Source of the DNA: Eukaryota sp. GEM-RC1
Taxonomy: Eukaryota
Assembly (NCBI GenBank): GCA_040285855.1
Contig: JAUFOQ010000002.1
Span: 248,001 to 312,000, forward strand
DNA length: 64,000 nucleotides
Direction: 5' to 3'
Part shown: piece after piece, positions 49,941 to 61,312 of the stretch
Layout of the letters: each line of letters opens with the position of its first letter
How positions within the stretch are numbered: position 1 is the first letter of the stretch
Translations under genes and position numbers: made by a program
Notes under the pieces: generated by a model
Database searches by the model: none
Seen by the model: the letters and a program-made list of their open reading frames with translations, nothing else
What the model was told of the DNA's origin: nothing

Positions 49941-52900
49941 CTACTACTTCTCCTTCTTCGAGCCAACGCTTCTTCGAGTTCTCTTTGCTATTGGGGTTTT
50001 ACTAGGTTTAGCTTTGGATGAGGTTCTCTTTCTGGGACTCGATGGAGGATTATTATTATTTTCATGAACTCGACATAAGCTTTAGTGTTTTTAATGCTAG
50101 AAGAAGCAACTGTTGTGATATCACCGCCATACCACAGAACAGAACACATAAGTCCTTCATGTGAGTGGAACTGTTCCAACACTTGGATGATGACATGTTC
50201 TTCCTTATCACCTGCTGCGACTTGTTGATGTATACCATGGTTAGATGGAAGGTCGGAGTTGTACAGCTTACATTGATGTACACTGGCTTGGGACTCAACG
50301 CCAGATACGAGGTTCTTGGTTTTCAAGGATGATGGTGAAGGGATCTCGATGACCAGGAATGGGCCAGAGTGTTTGCCATGAAGCTTTGTAGCAGTCTTAG
50401 AGGATCTGAGAATCAGATCGCCAATTACAAATGGATTTGATTTATTGGACTTAGGGGGTCTCTTTGACGATTGATTGCTACTTGCTGATTCCTGCTTTTC
50501 CTTTATTCTCTCGTTTTTTCTTTGAAGGTCTTCAATAAAAGGGATGCTTAAATTGGATGCTTCTAGAGCTTTGATTATGAGACTGGGATCTGCTTTTGGA
50601 CCAAAAGAGGACCCAAACATGAGTTCATAGGGAGTGTGTTCGGTGTAACGGTTCTTGGTAGCGCTAAGCTGGAGTTGGACGAAGGGAATGTATTCAGCCC
50701 AGTTGTCGAATGTACCGAAGTCGATTAGGAAACGTTGAAGGTTTCTTAAGACATCGCGATGACGTCTCTCGACTAGCCCGTTGGATTGAGAAAAATGTGG
50801 AATGGACGTTGAGTTTTCAATTGCCAGCAGTTGACATACTGCGTTGAATGTTGCGTTAGCAAATTCAGGACCGTTATCGCTGTGGATGGAGTAGGGGAAA
50901 CCAAATATACCACAAACGTTGAACACGAGTGCATAAGCAGCTTCTTTGGCGTTCAGATCGATTATTGGGACTAATATTGTGAATCTAGTGAAAGAATCTA
51001 CGAATACTAAGATGAAACGGTTGCCGTCAGCATCAGGGGATAATGGACCAATAGTGTCAACATTGATTTTGGAGAAGGGCTTATCAGCCCAAAGGGAACC
51101 TGAGTGAGGGATTTGATCTCTTTTGATTGGAGAGGTCTTTTGGCAAGAAGGGCAGTTCTTGATGTGATTGGTTAAATCATCTTTCATGTTTGGCCACCAG
51201 TAGTCGCTGTCGTTCAGAGTTTTGATAGACGTGGATAAACTGGGGTGACCGGATTGAACTAGTCCATGGATGTTTAGCAAGGTGGATTTCCTGAGGGACA
51301 ATGGGATCAGGATTTTCTTGTTGGGAGTTAGATATAACTGAACTCTATCGTTGAATGTTGTGTTGATGAAGAGAGGTTCGTTTGATTCGACTGCTTTACG
51401 CTGTTCGGAACGGATTCTGCTCAACCAATTGCTGAAAATTGGGAGATCTCTTTGTGCAACTTCACAGAGACTGTTAATTGATGGGATGTTTGTGTGGTCA
51501 ATTCTTGGGGTAGCTACTGGATCATCAGGGAGCTGAGCATCGGAATGCGAGGGGGAACTGTTGTGAGGACATAACCGTGAGAGCATGTCTGCCCAATGGT
51601 TGTCTACTCCGGATGTGTGTACTATGTCGAATTGGTATTCTGATAGCACGAATAGCCATCTTTTGACCATTCTATTCTTATCGGGACACGAGATAAGATA
51701 TGCTAGGTTCTTGTGATCTGTGAAGATTGTAAGGTGTCTAGTCTTGAGGAAGTTTGCCAGACTCGATTCTGTTAAGATGAGGAGAATGGCATAAAGCTCT
51801 TCTGGATGGTTGCCCAGTTGAGCTGAGATTCGGTCAGTATTTTGCTGTAGACACTTATAGGTTGAACCTTTCGTTCTAACAGCGGAGTACCTGGAGGACT
51901 TGGTGTAGTCACATTCCAAATGACTCCTCCCACTGCTAGATCAGAAGCGTCTGCGCTAATGAGGATGTTGCAATTGGGACCAGGAAGGTCGAGGGGGATT
52001 TGATTGACTATCAACCTTTTGATTGAGTCGAAAGCTTGTTGATGTTGGGGTTCCCATCTCACGCCTTTTGGTTTTCCTTTTGCTAGGGCAATGATAGGGG
52101 CTATCAACTTGGATATTCCTAATAACCAGTCTCTGATGTAGTTGATGGAGCCTACGAGGCTTCTGACATCTTCCACTGTCTTGGGAGTTGGCATTTCAAG
52201 AACAGCTTTGATTCTGACATCGTTGATTGATCTGGTTTTGTTGTGGAAGATACTACCTAATATCTTGATTGGGTGTTTGTAGGTTACAAACTTGCACTTG
52301 TGGATGCCGAGGGTTACTCTGGCGGATTGTGCTTTATTAAAAACTGCTCGAAGTCGAGTTATAAATTCATCGAACGCTGAAGCTATAACTATGATATCAT
52401 CTAGATAGATGAAGACTCCGTCCATTGCGAAGATCTCTGTCATCAGGTTTTGCAAAATTGCTGGTACATTTTTCAAGCCGAATGGAGCTCTAGTGAACGT
52501 GATTGTTCTACCAGGGATTGATAAAGCAGTTTTGTCCATATCTTGAGGAGCAACTTTGAGTTGCCAGAAGGCTTTTGGGAGATCGAGGGTTGCAATGAAG
52601 TTTGCTGCTGGCAAAATGTAATCACATCAGCGATGTTGGGTAGGTCGGATGCTATTGGAACAGTTAGATCATTAACACCACCTGTACCACTGTAATCTCC
52701 AGTCAGACGTGGTTTCCTATGATCAGGGTACGTGACGAGTACTACAGGGCTTGAGAACTTAGATTGGGGGGAAGACACGGCGAATCCTTGTTCGATAAGT
52801 TCATCAAAGATGCCATTGGCAATCTTTAGCTTCTCAGGATTGAAGAAACGAGGTTTCCGTTTAACGAAGTTGATTCGTCATGGAAGGGGATTCTCATTGG

Positions 52901-55124
52901 TGGACAATCAATTCCATCAGGGTGTGGTGCTGATTGGAATATGATCCTGAACTCTTCTAAGAGGGATGACAGTTGTTGATTTAGAAGAGGATTGTCCAAG
53001 GTGATTGTGCAACCTGATTCAACTGGATTGAATGATGTAGAATGATCGGTGTCTCTGATTGATTTCATTGATGGAGGAGTGCTCATTAGGTGATCGAATT
53101 CTGATTCATCTTTCATGATGATGTTATGTTCTTTATCTAGTTTTATTACTAGACTGTCCTCTGTTAATAGCCCTAGTTTGTTTAATAAATCGATCCCGAT
53201 GAGCATTGTTTGGGTACCTGGAACAATTGGGAATGAGTGATCTACAAACACTCCCAAGTTCACAGAACACAGATCCAAGTTTGGGTGTTGACTACACCAG
53301 TTGAGATAACGATCCTTGATGTTCTTGATGATCTCGTTGGTGGTGAATTCTTTGAATATTTCCTTGTCCTTGAAATAATACTCGACGTCATGGAAAACGA
53401 TGGGGATTCCAACGTTCCTTGCGAAATGTTTCATCATGAGCCGAACGTCAAAGCTGTATGAATGCTTTTCGTCGTTGGAGATTAGAGTGCAGGCGTTGGC
53501 AACTCTGGTGAAACGACGTAGATAGTCGTCCCACCGTTCACGATTGGACCTGAACCTTTTGTTGGTTGACCAGTCCATCATACAGTTAGCAATCAAGGCT
53601 TCTCCTTGACGAGGATTTTCGGCCTGGGTGTTCAAGATGATACGTTCCCAGATGTACCAATTGTTCAAGAATGTGGGGATAGTCCCATCATTCTTCCAGG
53701 AGGTGAGGATGATTGGATCAACATGCAGTTGTAAGCCGCGGATGTCCACATTTAAGAGGAGGTCTCTTGCGAGATCCAATCCATGGAGGGGCTCACCATG
53801 AGTTGGTTTGTTGATTGAGAGTTGATCCTCGAACGGGGAAAGGAGTTCATCCATGGTTTTAGGATCAGCGATTGATCGCCAAGCTTGCACTTGGTTTTCT
53901 AAATCATGGAGATGCTTGGCAGCATCAATGCCACGTCCTCTAGCTCTGGAGTATCTTCTCCATTCAAAAGCGAAGTTGTAGCATGAAAGGGGATCCGTTT
54001 TCTGGAGGTACGGGGGTTTGAGCTTAGCTTCCCGGCGAGATTCTTTCTCAAGCTCGGCTAAGGCTGCATTCTGGGGAGAGATGTGGCCGGTTGCAGATTC
54101 GGTGAATCCGGCTGGGTCCTCGACAGAGGAAAAATCGACTCTGGAGGTGGAGAAGGCCGATGGCAGAGCTATACTTGGCAACTGATCATCAGTACCGATA
54201 GTCTGGATGCTGCCTGCTGTGACCTTTTTCTTGGGTTTCACCGGAAGAATAACTGGATGTGAGGGTTGTTTCTTCCTATCAGCCCTGACTTCGCTGATAA
54301 GTTCTAACATAGAGAGCTTCAACTCATCATTTTCTCGAATGAGGCGCTCGATCGTTTTGTCACCAGTTTCATTGGGAACCGACTTGGAGGAAGGAGGGGG
54401 AAGTCCGTCGTCTGAACTGACGTCTACTAGAGAAGCTGGACTACCTTCCACTAGAGATGAGCTACTACTTTCCGGACTAGTAACATGGAGGTCTGTCAAA
54501 GTGAGGTCTTCCTCATCATACGATGGGATATACTTGTTGATCAAACTGTTAGTAGCCGTACTCGTTAGCTTACGGAACATGGGGGAGCTTCTGTCTTTCT
54601 TGGGTCTGGATTTGGACCTTGAGACAGGCTTTGATCTACCCAACTTCTTTCCGACCTTCTTACCTTTGTTAGGGAAAGTTTTGATGTGGGAAGTTTTCGT
54701 ATCCATTTCTGGAGAGATGTTGGGAGTACCTCCATCCTTTTCAGGAGAGGATTTGGTACCTCTATCCTTTTCAGGTGAGGGTTTGGGAGTACCTCCATCC
54801 GTTTCAGGAGAGGGTTTTGGAGTACCTCTATCCTTTTCAGGAGAGGATTTGGTACCTCTATCTTTTTCAGGAGAGGGTTTTGGGGTACCTCTATCCTTTT
54901 CAGGAGAGGATTTGGAGGTGTCTGAAACACAGAGGGGAGGATGAACGGCAAAGTCGGATATTTCCGGCTCGGCAGGCTGGGGCTTTGGCTTGGTTCTTTT
55001 TGAGGAGCCCTTGCTCTTTGGGAGGGGGAGTTTCCCTAACCCTTCCGAAGAAGGTACTCCGCCAAACAGAGCAGAGAATTCATCTGAGGTGAGTTTCTTC
55101 TTGGCATTCTCAGCCAATATATAT
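49941..55124 (-). pseudogene. family B unit 5 gag-pol with RT, RNase H, integrase and chromodomain-like tail (frameshifted)
   Basis: ORFs 52826-55150, 51772-52614 and 49988-51919. Confidence 0.9.
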
Positions 55125-55218
55125 TGATGCTTTACTGGGTTAGAAATCATACGAGAGTATAGAGTATGGAGTGAAATTAAGATAGTTTACGATTGCTATT
55201 AGCTATTATATACTTACA
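55125..55218 (-). repeat. family B LTR (outer 5' LTR), 94 bp
   Basis: 94-bp direct repeat followed on the plus strand by the TSD GCAG. Confidence 0.93.
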
Positions 55219-55718
55219 GCAGAACCTTTCCTCAAAAAAGGAACTGAATCATTGTTTGAGAATTTTCTCCAATCGTGTTGAAATACATTAGTTTAATGAC
55301 TTCACTGCTCTAAATCAAGTGATGATAGATCTTCCAGTAGTGCTTCAATAGAGGAAGAAACATTGGTTCATTATTTTGTCGCCCTTACGAAATATTAATG
55401 AAACACTTACTATGTACCATTGTATAAAGAGTACTGTCGATAGTAAGTAAAAGTATTTTTAAAAAGCGGGATGATTAATTTGAGTCAAGATAATAACATT
55501 TGTTTAAGTCCGAGCATTCATGGTAGTTGTATTGTGAATCAGACTTGTTAATTTGCTCTTGCAGACTAATTAATAACATATTTGATGTTCTGGAATAAAT
55601 ATGGATGTTGTATTTAGTTTAGGGTAACTCTACAGGAACTCTCTGTAATTGAAAACTCTCTGTAATTGAAACGAAACTCCATTCACCAAGTCGTTTCAAT
55701 TAGAGAGAGTTTACTGTA

Positions 55719-55917
55719 CAATCAAAAATTGTTTATAGTGTGGATGACATTGTCCGAAAAGTAAATGTGGTTTTCAAATACCGATCAGAGCATTAACAAA
55801 CGTGTAAAACTCTACCATATACATGTGCATGAATTATAGTGATGATTGTAGTGTGATCACCAAAAACAGGCCAGTGTGATCACATGTGTTTGTGATTCAC
55901 AATTATGGTTTTGACTG
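55719..55917. mobile_element. degenerate pogo-like MITE sharing a TA with the preceding element
   Basis: The left end CAATCAAAAATTGTTTATAGTG resembles the TIR at 58162. The right end reads CAGTCAAAACC on the minus strand. TA flanks. Confidence 0.5.
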
Positions 55918-55930
55918 TAGTTCGGTTTGT

Positions 55931-56390
55931 TTAAATTTTTGTTTTGATATCTATTGTATACATCAAATAATCAATATCCTCAAAGTCCAGATTGCCTATC
56001 TTGAAATTCTCATCAACCTTATCCTCATAATGTCTGTCAAGAGATAACAAGGAAAAAATCAAACGGTTATGCCAAATTGATAAGTTAAATTTCTTATTCC
56101 GAGACTTACACATACATGTAGATCCAAAATCAGTTAAAAACTTAGAAGTCATTTCACCAATACTACCAAAAATAGAACTATCAATAAATGTGTAGGACCC
56201 ACATTGGTATTTCAAATTATGTGGAAGGTTATTAGGCCAAATAAATGATCGTAAACGTGAGGGATTTGAGTAATCAGACATGAAGCAGAGCTATTAGAAA
56301 CATCCATTAAGAAATATGGAAAAGCGGCATTTTTTCCTTTGCCATACCAAGTCGAACATTATAATCCAAGCTTTCAAATGCTAGTATTTG
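55931..56390 (-). pseudogene. composite RLE non-LTR remnant
   Basis: Patches similar to 31200-31420, 7080-7200 and 26620-26700 (RLRSFIWPNNL..., SIFGSIGEM..., HYEDKV...LDFEDIDY). Confidence 0.8.
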
Positions 56391-56582
56391 TTTGTTTTGA
56401 TAATCTATATTTATTTGTTGTTCTCTGGTTGAGTGTTTTTCTTCACACATACTTTTGTCATCGTCGAGAAAGCATGAAGGATAATGTATATGTCTCAGAA
56501 ACAGCGTAAATAAAGAATGAGTTTGGGTAGACGTGTAACACCGAAACTCTTCAAGAGAAAAACAATTTCTCTGGTCAAATAA

Positions 56583-57929
<1,347 letters not shown>

Positions 57930-58161
57930 TTCAGTTAGTGTTTAATTTATAAACCAATTTCATTTTATTGTTCCTATTTAGAAGTAATATTAACTGGAAT
58001 TTGTACATTTGGTTTCCTTTTGTTAAAAGACATTAATGATAAACAACTTTGTTGAGTTAATCATCAACATGGCACAAGTTTTACAGTAGATCGGATGTGT
58101 CACATGATATTTCCTATCTGGGGGAAACATTTGATTTAAACAACAATATCTACTCCATGTA

Positions 58162-58236
58162 CAGTCAAAACTGTTTATAGCGTGAAACTCTATATAGCGT
58201 AGGTACATATAGTCCCGCTATAAACAGTTTTGACTG
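58162..58236. mobile_element. 75-bp miniature pogo/Tc1-type MITE
   Basis: Perfect 21-bp TIR CAGTCAAAACTGTTTATAGCG and TA TSD on both sides. Confidence 0.9.
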
Positions 58237-58298
58237 TAGTAGAATCATCAAAAAAAATGTTTAAAGATGAAATGGACAAAAACAAATTAAAAAATACA

Positions 58299-58430
58299 AG
58301 CTATGAAACACTAGACACCAAAAACTCCTGGTCAACAGTAAAACCTGTTCTTATACCATTTCGTGAGAATTGATTTGACAGACATGGTCCAGTGACTAAA
58401 AAACATGTTTTAAGCGAAACATTTCAAATT
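58299..58430 (-). pseudogene. short RLE non-LTR 3'-end remnant
   Basis: agctatgaaacactagacacc..cctggtcaacagta matches 6981-7022. Confidence 0.6.
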
Positions 58431-58494
58431 GACAAGTACTACTAGTACTAGTAGTAGAACACCTCAACCTTCTTACATATAGTTTGCTTCGTCT

Positions 58495-60087
58495 ATGTCA
58501 TTCACATCATCCTGCAAGCTTTTCATCTCAGACATTCCATCTTGGATCCATGACGACCTGTTTCGAAAGGTTCTAATATCATGTGGTTCTCTCAAGTTTT
58601 GGAAACGAGTTCGTGATGCCGAAGGTACCTATCTTGACTTTGGTATCGCTGAATATCCCAATTTTGATGACGTTGCTCGTGCCTACCACACCCTCTCAAC
58701 CTTTCCATTTCCACCTGCTCATCAATCTCTCACGGTTACACTTGATAAACACGATGCTCTTCATCTCAATCCTCAACCTCCTGCTAACAGTTCTTCCATT
58801 AAAGAAACCCTCTCTGCTGTACTCGAGGGTAATTACAATCCAGAATTCGATGAAACAGACCCTCTTCTATCATCCACGGTCTCAGCTGATGGTGAGTTCA
58901 TTGATCCCAATCTATCAAATCAAATTCACGAATTCCGAAGAATTCAAGCTGTCCATGACGTTCACCTCACAGAAAGAGATCGAATGAGAACAGAACTGCA
59001 AAGAAAGGAACGTGATGAGGAGCTCCAGGTCTTAGCTGATGCTCTGGGAGTTCCTTCTTCTGATGAACCACCTCAACCAAGGGGAGTTTTCTTAAAAGTT
59101 CCAGGGGGAATGAGTGTTGATGACGTCAACATTGAGCAGATTGCTAGGATGATTGAGCATGATTTTCCACTTCAATCAAAATCAAGAAGTGATTATGTTT
59201 TTGACCTTCATCCGTCAGCAGTTGCCTTTATTCAAGATTATGATCGAGAGCAACGTCAAATTCTCTCTTCTTACAACAACATGGCTTCTTTAAAGTTCTT
59301 AAACCCATTAGGAAACAGTTCTGAAGTAGATAAAACTTTGGGCCCTTGGAGCTTGCAACGTCAGCGACACGTGGCAAGGGAACGTGCTGATGACCTGGCA
59401 GCACTGGCTCAAGAAGAATCTGTACAGTTAAAAGTTGAAAAGGAGAAAAGAAAGGACGATGCTCGAAAAGTTGATCACGTGGGGGTCAAAAGTCAACCAA
59501 AGTTTGCCGAGAAGAGCTCAACTGAGTCACTTATTGAGATTGAACAATTTGATCTCACTGATTTATTGTCTGAACCTCCTGCTCAACCTCCACTTCCTGA
59601 ACCTTCTTCTAAAAAAGACCAAGACCTCCACCCCTCAATTGATTTAGAAATGGACCTCCCCCTTGGGTGATGCTGAGATTAAAGAAGAGGAGCAGCCAAT
59701 GGAGGAAGTTGTGGATGAACAGAAGGAAGAGGACGGTAGGAAGGATGTTGTTACTATAGCTAAGGATATTGCTGAATCGTTGCCCTTGGAAAAGTAGAGC
59801 TTATTTATCATCGACCTGACTCTGATGCGTTGTCGTCACCGTCTTTTAGGTCTTCTATTGTTGAGTGGCTGACGTTTAAACTTGCCGAATTAGTAGGTGA
59901 AGATCCTTTAGAAGTTGCTGATATTGCTTCAGATGTTTGCACAATGATTATTAATGGAGCTAATGCCGAGGAATTGATCTCTGATCTTAGTGATTTGTTA
60001 GAAGAAGATGGTGCTGAACTGTTCGTGATGAAGTTGTGGAGATGTGTGTTGCTGCATTCTGAGTTGATTAAAAGAGGATTTAGGTGA
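58495..60087 (+). CDS. RBM25: RBM25/Snu71-like splicing factor (N-terminal RRM, C-terminal PWI), two homopolymer frameshifts
   Basis: KLFISDIP..CGSLKFWKRV..DFGIAEY RRM and WLTFKLAELVGED..LLEEDGAELFVMKLWR PWI. Shifts at the C-run ~59660 and the A-run ~59790. Confidence 0.85.
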
Positions 60088-60506
60088 TAATGGTGGACTT
60101 GGTGTTGTTGATACTGTTTCTCAAATGTCATTGTTTTTATTGATATTTATTGATATTTTTTTGTCGCTCAGTTTTGAGTCAATCAAAAAGAATTGATCTA
60201 TTCAATTACTGCTTTTCTTGTACTTTCTTTTTGAAAAAGTGGAGTTGGGTTCTATAGATTAAAGCCGTGCTTTCTTCCACAAATCAGAAGTTACTAGACT
60301 TCTTTAATTCACTCAAATATATTCTTGAACTGCCTTTTTTCCAACAGATTTAGTAACAAACTAGTATTTTGATCAGTCTCATAAAAGATTCATAATCAAA
60401 ACCGTTGAGCTGTTTGTGTATGTAATTTTCTGCACAACTACACTGACTTAGTAGCAGCATAGGGTCAAACTGAAAGTAACGGAAAAGGGATAATTTTGTG
60501 TTGTAC

Positions 60507-60875
60507 ATGTTACGAAATTATTCTGCTGTAGATGTTGACCAGATTCTTGAAATATGGCTTACCGCGTCAGTTGCGGCGCACGCTTTTGTAGAACCGTCAT
60601 TTTGGGAGTCAAAATTAGAGGCTATGCGTACAATATATCTTCCTGCATCAGAAACAACTGTGTTTGAAGACAACTGTGTTTGAAGACAACTGTGTTTGAA
60701 GACCTTTCTGGTGTTATAGGGTTTTATAGCTTGTATGCTGACACTTTAGCGGCCAAAGGCTAATCGCGCCAGCATCTTGTTTTATGAAAAGCGGGGGTTT
60801 AATGTCATTGATGAACAGATTGATGAGCATACAGGGCATTCAGAACTGATTTTGGAGTATTATCGAAATGTTTAA
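60507..60875 (+). pseudogene. bacterial-type YiaC/YjaB-like GNAT N-acetyltransferase pseudogene
   Basis: MLRNY..ILEIWLTASVAAHAFVEPSFWESKLEAMRTIYLPASETTVFED..VIGFYSLYADTLAA / ..SILFYEKRGFNVIDEQIDEHTGHSELIL. Disrupted by a 16-bp triplication (60656-60703) and an internal deletion. Confidence 0.8.
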
Positions 60876-61312
60876 TGGTTGATATTAGAAATATTGAAAC
60901 TTCAGTTTTCTGTTGATCTCCTAAATTTTGACTCATAATGAAGACCATAGCTCACCACTGTTAGTGTCTATTAATTTTTTAAAAACTGTATTTGTTCCTG
61001 CGATCTTCGTCGTTTTCAACAATGTAAATTTACTTATAAATATTATACTGTTTCTTGGTCTATGCAATTTACTTCTTTTCGAATGAGATAGCTTACTGTT
61101 GTAGCGTTGAAACACCCATACAACTTAATGCACAACTTCTTGCTTACAATATACTACATAATTCTGAGTACATATCACTAATTCTACTACAGGTGTCTCA
61201 ATGCAGGCAATTGAAGCAATCAAATGTGTTTAGTATGATATATCTACAAATTTGTGTTAGTATGGGTCCCACATGTTCAATTTCTACAGTCATTCCCTCT
61301 TGTTATCGTGAC

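Larger units (their letters stand above)
33269..55218 (-). mobile_element. tandem array of five Ty3/Gypsy (chromovirus-like) family B units sharing LTRs
   Basis: Six 94-bp TG..CA LTRs and a single TSD GCAG (33265-68 / 55219-22). PPT AAGAAGGAGAAGTAGTAG precedes each 3' LTR. Unit periods are 3779, 3745, 3745, 5309 and 5278 bp. Confidence 0.96.
32897..55716. mobile_element. pogo-like MITE (~870 bp without the insert) interrupted by the Gypsy array
   Basis: TIRs CAATGAACTCTCTCTAATTGCAAC / CAGTAAACTCTCTCTAATTGAAAC (3 mismatches in 24), TA flanks (32895-96, 55717-18) and CTCTCTG.AATTG subterminal repeats. Confidence 0.8.

Noticed and set aside
55103..55117. TGGCTGAGAATGCC as a canonical tRNA PBS in family B
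   Set aside because: It is 8 nt from the LTR, family A lacks TGG at this position, and I cannot match it to a tRNA. Not excluded without the host tRNA set.
59791..59800. In-frame TAG in RBM25 suggesting a reassigned stop codon
   Set aside because: Adding one A to the preceding A-run gives EKVELIYHRPD in the PWI frame. TAA, TAG and TGA all terminate conserved genes here, and tubulin uses CAA/CAG for Gln.
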